NCBI RefSeq assembly: GCF_963921235.1
Contig: NC_086097.1
Location: 249,490,001-249,554,000 of the forward strand
Source: Mobula hypostoma
Taxonomy: Eukaryota
DNA length: 64,000 nucleotides
Reading direction: 5' to 3'
Shown: piece by piece, positions 12,518 to 24,742 of the stretch
Layout: the number at the start of each line of letters is the position of its first letter
Position numbering within the stretch: the stretch's first letter is position 1
Program-made: the position numbers and the translations under genes
Notes under the pieces: generated by a model
Databases searched by the model: none
The model's input: only the letters and a program-made list of their open reading frames with translations
Told to the model about the DNA's origin: nothing

Positions 12518-14223
12518 CTAAAGTTGGAGCACAGATTTTGTAAGCAAAAAAGTGTCAAAGCTTGAGATTATACTCGTGACATTGAAAAACTGAGACGCTA
12601 GGGAAATGTGTACCAGATCAATTATTGAGCAATTGCAATTCTAACTGTGTGTTAAAAGCTACCATATTTCTCCGTACATTTGTTGACATCAATCCACAAA
12701 ATGCTATGGGATGATGTAGGCTCAGCTGTCAACTGAGACAACATCCATAACTGTCACGGGAACACGCAAGCTGAGGATGCGAAGCAGAATGTTCAAGCCT
12801 CACTCAGATTTCATTATAACTAAACTCCTTTTCTGAGAGTGGGGCTTCAACATTGTCCCTAGCAAAAGATGGCTTGTCAATATATATGGCGGCATTGTGC
12901 GGGACCAGCAGGCAAGTACCATTTCAAAGAAGTATGGCTGTGCCTCTACTTTCTTAAAAGTTTGTACAAATTTGGAATGTCATCTAAAACTTTAACAAAC
13001 TTCTATTATGTGCAGTGGAGAGTATATTGACTGGTTGCATTACAGCCTGGTATGGAAACACCAATGCCCTTGAATGGAAAATCCGAAAAAGTGATGGCCA
13101 CAGCCCAGTCCATCACAGGCAAAGCCCATCTCCACCTTTGAGCTCATCTACAAGGAGTGCTGCCACAAGAAAGCAGCATCCATCATCAAGGATCCCCACC
13201 ATCCCAGATTATGCTCTCTTCTCACTGCTGCCATTGGGAAGGAGAAACAGGAGCCTCAGGTCCCTCACCACCAGGTTCAGGAACAGTTATTAACCCTCAA
13301 CCATCAGACTCCTGAACCAGTGTGGCTAACTTCGCTCATCCCAACACTGAACTGATTCCTTGTTCACATGACATTGCCAGGGGAGCAATATTAATCAGTG
13401 AGTTGAAATATTAAACCCAGATCCACATCGCATCCAATGATTCAATTGTTAGCATTAGAAGGACAGGAATTTCCACAGGACAACAGATCAATTGCACACC
13501 ATTTATCTGACAATTGTGGAACTTATTTTCACTTTTCTTTTATTGAGAGACCCAAACAAGGTAACAGGCCTTTCCAAGCCAACATGCCCAATCTGCCCAA
13601 TTACACTCATGTGACAATTAATCTACGCCTTTGGAATGTGGGAGGAAACCAGAGCACCCGGAGGAAACCTATGCAGTCACATTGCAGAAAATTACGCACT
13701 GTTTCCTGCCAGTACACTAACACAGCACGTCTGATGCTAAGAGATTTTATTTTCTCTCAATAACCTTTTACACTGCAGCCTTCTGGCAAGTACAGAAGTA
13801 TATCCACCAACACCACTCTATCCACACCATGTGTAATGTTGTCAAGGAACAATATGGCAGCCGAACGGCAAGTGCAACACCTTCCAGCGCCGGCTGCAAG
13901 ATTGGGGTTGAATGAAAAACCAGGGATCATTGCTGAAAAATAATCTTCATCCACTTATGAGAGGAACTTCCAGAGTTTAATTCTGGCGCCATTCTGTAAG
14001 GAGTCTCTGTGTGTCCTCCCCATGGAATGTGTGGGTTTCCTCCGGGTCCTTTGGTTTCCTCCCACAGTCCAAAAGACATACTGGGGAGGCTAACTGGTCA
14101 CTGTAAATGGTCCCGTGATTAGGTTAGGGTGAAATCAGGGTGGTCGGGGACTACTGGAGTGGCATGGCTCAAAGGGCCAGAAGGGCCTACTCCGCCCTAT
14201 TTTGCTAAATAAATCACTAGAGA

Positions 14224-16972
14224 GACGGGTCACCGGACAGGCAGGCAGGTCGCCAGGCAGGCAGGCAGGCAGGCAGCCAGGCAGGCAGGTCGCCAGGCAG
14301 CCAGCCAGGCACGCAGGTCGCCAGGCAGCCAGCCAGACAGGCAGGTCGCCAGGCAGCCAGCCAGACAGGCAGGTCGCCAGGCAGCCAGCCAGACAGGCAG
14401 GTCGCCAGGCAGCCAGCCAGACAGGCAGGTCGCCAGGCAGCCAGCCAGACAGGCAGGTCGCCAGGCAGCCAGCCAGACAGGCAGGTCGCCAGGCAGCCAG
14501 CCAGACAGGTCGCCAGGCAGCCAGCCAGCCAGGTCGCCAGGCAGACAGGCAGGCAGGCAGGCAGGTCGGCAGGTCGCCAGGCAGACAGACAGGCAGGCAG
14601 GCAGGTCGCCAGGCAGGCAGGCAGGCAGGTCGCCAGACAGAACGCCAGCCAGCCAGCCAGACGGGCAGGTCGCCAGGCAGCCAGCCAGACGGGCAGCCAG
14701 CCAGGCAGGCAGGCAGGCAGGTCGCCAGACAGAACGCCAGATAGGCAGGCAGGCAGGTCGCCAGGCAGCCAGCCAGACAGGCAGGTCGCCAGGCAGCCAG
14801 CCAGACAGGCAGGTCGCCAGGCAGCCAGCCAGACAGGCAGGTCGCCAGGCAGCCAGCCAGACAGGCAGGTCGCCAGGCAGCCAGCCAGACAGGCAGGTCG
14901 CCAGGCAGCCAGCCAGACAGGCAGGTCGCCAGGCAGCCAGCCAGCCAGCCAGGCAGGGCAGCCAGGCAGCCAGCCAGCCAGCCAGCCAGGCTGGCAGGTC
15001 GCCAGGCAGACAGGCAGGCAGGCAGGCAGGTCGGCAGGTCGCCAGGCAGACAGGCAGGCAGGCAGGCAGGTCGGCAGGCAGGCAGGCAGGTCGCCAGGCA
15101 GGCAGGCAGGCAGGTCGCCAGGCAGGCAGGCAGGCAGGTCGCCAGACAGAACGCCAGGCAGCCAGCCAGACGGGCAGGTCGCCAGGCAGCCAGCCAGACG
15201 GGCAGCCAGCCAGGCAGGCAGGCAGGCAGGTCGCCAGGCAGGTCGCCAGGCAGGCAGGCAGACAGCCAGACAGGCAGGTCGCCAGGCAGACAGCCAGACA
15301 GGCAGGTCGCCAGGCAGCCAGCCAGACAGGCAGGTCGCCAGGCAGCCAGCCAGATCGCCAGGCAGCCAGCCAGACAGGCAGGTCGCCAGGCAGCCAGCCA
15401 GACAGGCAGGTCGCCAGGCAGCCAGCCAGCCAGGCAGGTCGCCAGGCAGCCAGCCAGCCAGCCAGCCAGGCTGGCAGGTCGCCAGGCAGACAGGCAGGCA
15501 GGCAGGTCGGCAGGCAGGCAGGCAGGTCGCCAGGCAGGCAGGCAGGCAGGTCGCCAGACAGAACGCCAGGCAGCCAGCCAGACAGGCAGGTCGCCAGGCA
15601 GCCAGCCAGACGGGCAGCCAGCCAGGCAGGCAGGCAGGCAGGTCGCCAGACAGAACGCCAGATAGGCAGGCAGGCAGGTCGCCAGGCAGGCAGGCAGACA
15701 GCCAGACAGGCAGGTCGCCAGGCAGCCAGCCAGACAGGCAGGTCGCCAGGCAGCCAGCCAGACAGGCAGGTCGCCAGGCAGCCAGCCAGACAGGCAGGTC
15801 GCCAGGCAGCCAGCCAGACAGGCAGGTCGCCAGGCAGCCAGCCAGACAGGCAGGTCGCCAGGCAGCCAGCCAGCCAGGCAGGTCGCCAGGCAGCCAGCCA
15901 GCCAGGCAGGTCGCCAGGCAGCCAGCCAGCCAGGCTGGCAGGTCGCCAGGCAGACAGGCAGGCAGGCAGGCAGGTCGGCAGGTTACCAGGCAGGTCGGCA
16001 GGCAGGCAGGTAGGCAGGTCGCCAGGCAGGCAGGCAGGCAGGTTGCCAGACAGAACGCCAGGCAGCCAGCCAGACGGGCAGGTCGCCAGGCAGCCAGCCA
16101 GACGGGCAGGTCACCAGGCAGCCAGCCAGACGGGCAGCCAGCCAGGCAGGCAGGCAGGCAGGTCGCCAGACAGAACGCCAGATAGGCAGGCAGGCAGGTC
16201 GCCAGGCAGGCAGGCAGGCAGGCAGACAGCCAGACAGGCAGGTCGCCAGGCAGCCAGCCAGGCAGGCAGGTCGCCAGGCAGCCAGCCAGGCAGGCAGGTC
16301 GCCAGGCAGCCAGCCAGGCAGGCAGGTCGCCAGGCAGCCAGCCAGGCAGGCAGGTCGCCAGGCAGCCAGCCAGGCAGGCAGGTCGCCAGGCAGCCAGCCA
16401 GCCAGGCAGGCAGGTCGCCAGGCAGCCAGCCAGGCAGGCAGGTCGCCAGGCAGCCAGCCAGCCAGGCAGGCAGGTCGCCAGGCAGCCAGCCAGCCAGGCA
16501 GGCAGGTCGCCAGGCAGCCAGCCAGGCAGGCAGGTCGCCAGGCAGCCAGCCAGCCAGGCAGGCAGGTCGCCAGGCAGCCAGCCAGGCAGGCAGGTCGCCA
16601 GGCAGCCAGCCAGGCAGGCAGGTCGCCAGGCAGCCAGCCAGGCAGGCAGGTCGCCAGGCAGCCAGCCAGGCAGGCAGGTCGCCAGGCAGCCAGCCAGGCA
16701 GGCAGGTCGCCAGGCAGCCAGCCAGGCAGGCAGGTCGCCAGGCAGCCAGCCAGGCAGGCAGGTCGCCAGGCAGCCAGCCAGGCAGGCAGGTCGCCAGGCA
16801 GCCAGCCAGGCAGGCAGGTCGCCAGGCAGCCAGCCAGGCAGGCAGGTCGCCAGGCAGCCAGCCAGGCAGGCAGGTCGCCAGGCAGCCAGCCAGGCAGGCA
16901 GGTCGCCAGGCAGCCAGCCAGACAGGCAGGTCGCCAGGCAGCCAGCCAGCCAGCCAGGCAGGCAGGTCGCCA
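14224..16972. repeat. GC-rich tandem satellite of 4-mers, dominant 28-bp unit cagg cagg tcgc cagg cagc cagc cag(a/g)
   Basis: Read directly. The 28-aa periodicity of the spurious ORFs (84 bp = 3 x 28) confirms the unit length. Confidence 0.95.
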
Positions 16973-17849
16973 AACATACAGATCACTAGATAGTTAGACA
17001 CGAGAAATTCTGCAGATGCTGGAAATCCAAGCAACACACACAAAATGCTGGAAGAACTCAACAGGCTAGGCAGCATCTATGAAAAAAAGTAAACAGTCGA
17101 TGTTTCAGGCCAAGACCCTTCATCAGGATAGGTAGATAGTTAGATAGCCAGGTAGATGACTAGATAGGCAGACAGGTAGATAGTTAAAGAAATGAAAGGA
17201 TAAATTAAAATATATTCTTGGTAAGCAAGGTTGTGAAAGGTTGTCACAGATATCAGGTGAGATTACCATGAGATCAGCCACAATGATACAGAATGACACA
17301 AGTTTGAGGGGTACAGTGATGTCCTGGATTCTAGTCTATGTGGTCATGAGGACCAAGAGCCGGGATGTGGAATTAACTGAGCAACCTTTGCCTGGCATGT
17401 AGATGATGAAGCAAGTAATCCCTGTACCACACTGATTCTACAAAGTCTATTTACAAGGAACTGTGTGATTAAATTATTCACAATTAAAACAATACAAATT
17501 TAACTTGCAAATATTGAGTCACAAAGCCAATATTATCAATATCAAAAAACTGGCCAGTATTTTATTTTTATTTAGAGATACAGCACAGAATAGACCCTTC
17601 CGGCTCACTGAGATGTGCCACCCAGTAACCCACCCACTTACCCAAACCAATTCACGGGACAATTTACAATGACCTATTAACCTACTAACCAGTACATCTT
17701 TGGACTGTGGGAGGAAACTGAAGCACACAGGTAGAACGAACGTACAAACTCCTCACAGATGGTGTTGGAATTGAACTCCAAACTCTGGAATGTCTCAAGG
17801 TGTAACCACTACACTACCGTAGTGCCCTCTAATGTACGTTTTCTTATCT

Positions 17850-18783
17850 AAGATCTGGAAGAGGGGACCAAGTATAGTGTATCTAAGATTGCTGATGATA
17901 CTAAATTGAGTGGAAAAGCTAATTGCGCACAAGATATGGAGAGTCTGCAGAGAGATATAGATAAGTTAAGTGAGTGGGCAAGGGTCTGGAAGATGGAGTA
18001 CACTGTTGGTAAATATGAGGTCATCCACTTTGGAAGAAAAAATGGAAGAGCAGATTATTATTTAAATGGTAAAATATTGCAGCACGCTGCTGTGCAGAGG
18101 GACTTGGAAGTACTTGTGCATGAATCACAAAAGGTTGCTTTGCAGGTACAGCAGGCTATCAAGAAGGCAAATGGGATGTTGGCCTTCATTGCTAGAGGGA
18201 TTGAGTTTAAGAGCAGGGAGGTTATGCTGCAACTGTTCAGGGTACTGGTGAGGCCACACCTGGAGTACTGTGTGCAGTTCTGGTCTCCTTACTTGAGGAA
18301 GAATATACTGGCTTTGGAAGTGGTGCAGAAGAGGTTCACCAGGTTCATTCCAGAGATGAGGGGGTTAGACTATGAGGAGAGATTGAGTTGCCTGGGACTG
18401 TAAAAGAATGAGAGGAGATCTTATAGAAACATAAAATTATGAAAGGGATAGATAAGATAGAGGCAGGAAAGCTGTTTCCACTGGTAGGTGAGACTACAAC
18501 TACAGGATACAGCCTCAATATTCAGGGGAGGACAGAGATGAGGAGGAACTGCTTTTCCCACAGAATGGTGAATCTGTCCCCAGTGAAGCAGTGGAGGCTA
18601 CCTCAATAAACATATTTAAGACAAGGTTTGATAGATTTTTGCAGAGCAGGGGAATTAAGGGTTTATGGGGAAAAGGCAGGTAGGTGGACATGAGTCCGTG
18701 GCCAGATCAGCCACTATCTTATTGAATGACAGAGCAGGCTCGACTGGTCAGATGGCCTACTGCTCCTATTTTGTATGTTCTTA
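17850..18783 (+). mobile_element. CR1 LINE 3' fragment
   Basis: ORF 17906..18403 (LVRPHLEYCVQFWSP) plus a CR1-type 3' UTR. Confidence 0.85.
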
Positions 18784-19261
18784 AGAGAATTAAGAACCTA
18801 AGAGACGAGTGTCCCAATTTTTCAACTAACATGCCACTAACTTGAAGTCATAGAAATATACAGTACTAAAGGCCATCATGCCCATGCTGTTAAAATATTG
18901 TATATATGCATAAAAATAATTCAACTTTTGTTTTCAATTAAAGTGACAAAACACACACAACTCTAAAAGGCTCCAAAATCAATAAAATCAAACAGCTGTG
19001 CATATTCTACCAGCCTTAGTAATTTTATCCAACCAGTAATCCAAAGTACCAACTGCTCCTCAAGATGCTAGGAGTTCATTTGTGAGGAAAGATGAGCCAT
19101 TTTGATGGAAAAGATTAGCTTCTTTAAAAAATGAAACGATGCATACAACTTAGTAAAATCATATAAAAGACAAGAGAGAAAGGGGTGTAAAAATACAAGT
19201 CATTAACAGATACCAACAATTTTCTTGAAGTGGTTTCATGGCCCAGTAAAACTGAACTTAC

Positions 19262-19471
19262 TTGCAGATGCTTCCTCCAGACTTGCTGTAGCATGGCTTG
19301 ATCTGTAAGGAACAGGCAATAGCTTTCCACATTTCCGGCTGGCAGGTCTTAATATCTTGTACAGGAATATTCATAAATGGCATTTTGATGGTCCCTTTCT
19401 CCCACAGTTTCATGTCATTCTTGGCTCCTTGATCTGACTGAGCATTGCAACTTCGAAACAACTCTGTGGGT
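19262..19471 (-). CDS. RECK: RECK coding exon (about exon 11), 210 bp: PTELFRSCNAQSDQGAKNDMKLWEKG...SKSGGSIC(K)
   Basis: gttcag|A CCC...TGC AA|gtaagt. Confidence 0.96.
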
Positions 19472-19620
19472 CTGAACAACAGAACATGTTCACACAGAAC
19501 AGCACATTACCAATGTTGCTGAGAATTCTTTGATCAAGTTGTTCCTGTTATACTACACTGAACTTATATTTCTCTTCTTCACTGTCAACAAGGTAAAGGA
19601 GATGGTCATCGGCTTCAGGA

Positions 19621-20112
19621 GAACATAGAACAGTACAGCACAGTACAGGCCCTTCGGCCCACAATGTTGTGCCGACCCTCAAACCCTGCCTCCCATATAA
19701 GCCCCCACCTTAAATTCCCCCATATACCTGTCTAGTAGTTTGTTAAAGTTCACTAGTGTATCTGCCTCCACCACTGACTCAGGCAGTGCATTCCATAAAC
19801 CAACCACTCTCTGAGTAAAAAACCTTCCTCTAATATCCCCCTTGAACTTCCCACCCCTTACCTTAAAGCCATGTCCTCTTGTATTGAGCAGTGGTGCCCT
19901 GGGGAAGAGGCGCTGGCTATCCACTCTATCTATTCCTCTTATTATCTTGTACACCTCTATCATGTCTCCTCTCAACCTCCTTCTCTCCAAAGAGTAAAGC
20001 CCTAGCTCCCTTAATCTCTGATCATAATGCATACTTTCTAAAGCAGGCAGCATCCTGGTAAATCTCCTCTGTACCCTTTCCAGTGCTTCCACACCCTTCC
20101 TATAGTGAGGCG
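19621..20112 (-). mobile_element. Young CR1 3' fragment nested in a Rex1/Babar-like fragment (about 19585-20880)
   Basis: ALERVQRRFTRMLP...RGRFFTQRVV; nearly identical to 55410-55907. Confidence 0.85.
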
Positions 20113-22134
20113 AACTCACACTACTCACATCCCTCTGTGCATCAGGGGCGCAGCACTGGAAACTGTAAGCAGTTTCAATCTCCGGGGAGTACACATCACA
20201 TACAACCTCTCGTGGTCCCAGAACACATCCAGCACAATCAGAAAAGCTCATCAATGCCTCTGATTTCTGAGGAAACTGAAAACAGCTGGACAGTGCACAT
20301 CTATACTTACGTCATTCTACAGATGCACATTAGAGAGCGTCCTAACATGCTACATCATTATATGGTATGGAAACTGCACTGCAGTGGACCGGAACTTCAA
20401 TGGGTGGTCAAAACTGCCCAGTACATCACAGGCACCAGCCTAAACCATCATCAAGGACATATATACAGAGAGGTGTCTAAAAAGGGCCAGTAACATCATG
20501 AAGGATCCCACCCACTCTGCTCACGGACTGTTTTGTCCCACTCCCATCAGGGAGGAGGCTACATAGACTCAAAAATAGTTACTCTCCTCAAGCAGCAAGG
20601 CTGACCAACACCACTACCCACTAACCCACCCCTCCACACCGCCAGCCACCACTACTTTATCATTTCCTGTCTGTCACCTTCAGTACAGACACTCCTGTAC
20701 CTAGTGTCATTTTATAAACATACAATGTATATAAATTATCTTATGTACTTATATTTATTCTGTTTTTTTTTATTGTGTTCTTTATCTTATTGTGATTTTT
20801 TTGGTGCTGTATTGGATCCGGAGTAACAATTACTTTGTTCTCCTTTACACTTGTGTAATGAAATGACATCAAATAACCTTGATTTGAATATCTGAAAACC
20901 TAACCCGGACCCAACACATCAAAGCAGCCATAAGGAAAGCAAGACAGCGGCTTTATTTCAGTAGCAGTTTGAGGAGATTTAGTATGCCAGCAAAAACACT
21001 TGCAGGTTTCTGCAGATGTACGTTGGGGAGCTTTCCAACAGGCTGCATTACCATTTGATACGGGGTGGGGGGGCACTACTGCACAGGAGGGAAGTACTGT
21101 ACTGCAAATTGCAGAGTTATAAACTTAGTCAGCTCCATCATGGGCTCTAGCCTCTGTAGTATCCAGGACGATGCCTCAAAAACGTGGCATCCATCATTAA
21201 GGACCCTGTCCCGCGCACCCACCCCCCCATCACCCAGGTCATGCCCTCTTCTCATTGCTATCATCATGAAGGAAGGAGACAAGTCTGAAGGCACACACTC
21301 AATGACTCAGGAGAAGCTTTTTCCCCTCTGCCATCTGAATGGACATTGAAACCACCAACACTATCTCACTACTTTCTTATTTCCAATTATTTACTTATTA
21401 TATATATATATATATATACTGTAACAAATAGTTTTTTTCTATAATATACATTGCATTGTACTGCTGCCACTGTTAACAAATTTCACGACATATGCCGGCA
21501 ATATTAATAATATTAATCCTGATTCTGAATCTCAAATCTATTTCCAATAATCAGAAATGATTTGTCACTTTTACTGATACTTAATCATAAAGTATGGAGC
21601 CTTCGGCCCACTCTGTCCACACCGACTCTCAGCCATCTGCTTACATTAATCCGACACTCTCTCCCACATTCTGCCAATCACCAGAACAATCAGGCAATTA
21701 ATTAACCAGACCGTCTGTGTGTTTGGGAAGGGGGAGGGATCCCATGCAGTACAGGGAGACGTGGAAACCAAACTCCACACAGACAACACGGGAGGCCAGA
21801 GCTAATCCTGGGTCACTGGGCCTGTGAGACAGCAGCTCCACTCACTGCCCTCAATGAATAATTATATTAAATTCAGTTGATTCTAAATAAATGCAGGTAT
21901 AATTATAATCAATACACCTACAGAAAATAGAAATACACTGCTGTCTTCCGTGCAATGTTAAGGCAGGATCCACACAGAGGTGATAAAGGGATCACAGCAG
22001 AAATTTTAATTGGCATAAAGTATGTTTACAACTAAATATTCATGCAGCAACTTTCTTCATATTAAAATAATTTTACTCTCATTGTATCAAACTTCATCGA
22101 TGTCCTCTTCATGTGATATCCTCCTTTCTCTGTA

Positions 22135-24742
22135 TAAGACCGTAAGATATAAGAGCAGAATTAGGCCATTTGGCCCATCGAGTCTACTCCACCATTTCCT
22201 CATGGCTGAACCATTTCCCTCTCAGCCCCAATCTCCTGTCTTCTCCCCGTATCCCTTCATTCCCTGACTAATCAAGAATCTATCAACCTCTGTCTTAAAT
22301 ATACATAAAGGCAGAACTGTGGAATGAACTGTGTGCAGTTCTGGTCACCTAACTATAGGAAGGATATCAGTAAGATTGAAAGAGTGCAGAGAGGATTTAC
22401 TAGGATGCTGCCAGGTTTTCAGGAGTTGAGTTACAGGGAAAGACTGAACAGGTAGGACTTTATTCCTTAGAGCATAAAAGAATGAGGGGTGATTTGATAT
22501 AGGTTTACAAAATTATGAGGGGTATAGACAGGGTACAGGTGTCCCCCGCTTTTCGAACGTTCACTTTATGAAACCTCACTGTTACGAAAGATCTACATTA
22601 GTTCCCTGTTTTCGCTAACAGATGTTTCCACTGTTATGAAAAAAATCAGCGCATGAAAAAAACAGCGCGCGATAAAAGGCAGCGCGCCGCACACCCCGAG
22701 CAGCCACTCTCCCCCGGATTCAGAACGGCATTCTCGCCGGCATTGCTTAAACACGTGCCTGTGAGCAGCCATTTGCAAGAGTTCTAAGGTATCAGAAAAG
22801 CCTAAAAGAACTCGTAAGGGTGTTACACTTAGCGTAAAATTAGACATAATTAAGCTTTTTGATCATGGTGAACAAAGTAAGGACAACGTGAGTTTGGCTT
22901 GTGGAAGCTGACGAAGATGATGTTGAAGAGATTTTGGCATCCCATGACCAAGAACTGAAAGATGAAGAGCTGATGCAATTGGAAGAGGAAAGGATAACAA
23001 TTGAAACCGAATGCAGTAGCGAACTGAACGTGAAGCAACTGCGTGAGATTTTCGCTGCAATGATAAAGTACGACTTTAATTTTGAAAGGGTACGTAGGTT
23101 TAGCGGATATTTGCAAGATGGTTTGAGTGCTTACAAAGAACTGTATGATAGAAAAATGCATGAGGTTCAGCAGTCAAGCAAGCCTTCCACATCAGCCACA
23201 GCAGACGATGAACCTCGACCTTCAACATCGAGGCGGGCAGTCATAGGAGAAGATGAGCTGCCTGCCCTGATCGACAATGAGATGACACCCCAGCGTCCCA
23301 CCACCCCAACCCCCAGGCCGCGGACAGATACCGATTCGTGGAGAATGCAGCGGTAGCCGGGAGGCACACAGCACATCTTTAAGAAAAAAACTGAAATAAA
23401 CAAGCTAATTAATTAGGTGCCGCCTGGCACGTAAATGTCGGCCCAGATCAGAGGCGATGTAATCGGCAATCGTCTCTGATCTGGGCCGACAATTACGTGC
23501 CGGGCGGCACCTAATTAATTAGCTTGTTTATTTCGGCTTTTTTCTTAAAGATGTGCTGTGTGCCTCCCGGCTACCGCTGCACCACTGCATGCTTCGTGGA
23601 TCGGTATCAGGTCGCTGCCTGGAGGGTGGGGGCCACTGCATCACCCCAACCTGCGACGACTCAGCCTAACACACCATCACCAGTGTGCTCTGCGCTGTCT
23701 TCCCGATTCCCATAAGTGATACTACACTGTACATACATTATTTCTACTTTATATAGGCTGTGTATTTTTACGTGTTATTTGGTATGATTTGGCAGCATCA
23801 TAGCTTAAAGGTTACTGGAGAGAGCGTTTTTGCTGCCAGCACTTGCGTGAGATTTTCTGCCGAGAGCGCTTGCGTGAGATTTTCGCTACGGCAGACAGTG
23901 CCAGCAATGTTTGTGGAAAAGTATTTCTACTTTATATAGGCTGTGTATTTATCATATCATTCCTGCTTTTACTATATGTTACTGTTATTTTAGGTTTTAT
24001 GTGTTATTTTGGCATGATTTGGTAGGTTATTTTTGGGTCTGTGAACGCTCACAAAATTTTCCCATATAAATAAATAGTATTGTTTCTTTGCTTTACAACA
24101 TTCCGGCTTACGAACCACTTCATAGGAACGCTCTACCTTCGGATGGCGGGGGAAACCTGCTATAACAAGTAGGCTCTTTCCACTTAGATTAGGAGAGATA
24201 CACACGAGAGGACATGGCTTTAGAGTGAAAGGGGAAAGGTTTAGGGGGAACATTAGGGGGAACTTCTTCACTCAGAGCGGTGGGAGTGTGGGATGAGCTG
24301 CCAACTGATATGGTAAATGCGGGCTCACTCTTAAATGTTAAGAATAAATTGGATAGGTACATGGATGGGAGAGGTCTGGAGGGTTATGGACTGGGTGCAG
24401 GTCAATGGGACTAGCGGAATAAAGTTTCAGCACAGACTAGAAGGGCCGAATGGCCTGTTTTCTGTGCTGTAGTGTTCTATGGTTCTATGACTTGGCCTCC
24501 ACAGCTGCCTGTGGCAATGAATTCCATAGATTCACCACCCTCTGGCTAAAGAAATTCTTTCTCATCCCCGTTCTAAAAGGACACCCCTCTAACAGAGGCT
24601 GTCGCCTCTGGTCTTAGACTTCCCCACCATAAAACATCCTCTCCACATCCACTATTTTGAGGCCTTTCAACATTGGATTTCTTTTTTCAATAGGTTTCAA
24701 CGAGATTTCCCCTTATTCTTCTGAATTTCAGTGAGTGCAGGT
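22135..24742. mobile_element. Three-layer nest: minus CR1 3' end containing a plus CR1 (about 22328-24489) containing the Tigger-like element
   Basis: The outer halves rejoin as aaatatacataaag|acttggcctccacag. The inner CR1 ends in (ggttctat) repeats. Confidence 0.75.
22536..24159 (+). mobile_element. Second copy of the Tigger/pogo-like element, nested in a CR1
   Basis: Same TIRs and the same internal deletion as 4346-5903. TA on the left; the flanks rejoin into CR1 3' coding sequence. Confidence 0.82.

Noticed and set aside
14224..16972. CRISPR-like array (28-bp repeat)
   Set aside because: There are no unique spacers and no cas genes, and it sits in a eukaryotic intron.
14217..16973. 918-aa ORF and overlapping 180/316/321-aa ORFs
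   Set aside because: They are translations of the 28-bp satellite. Several frames on both strands are open because the unit contains no stop codon.
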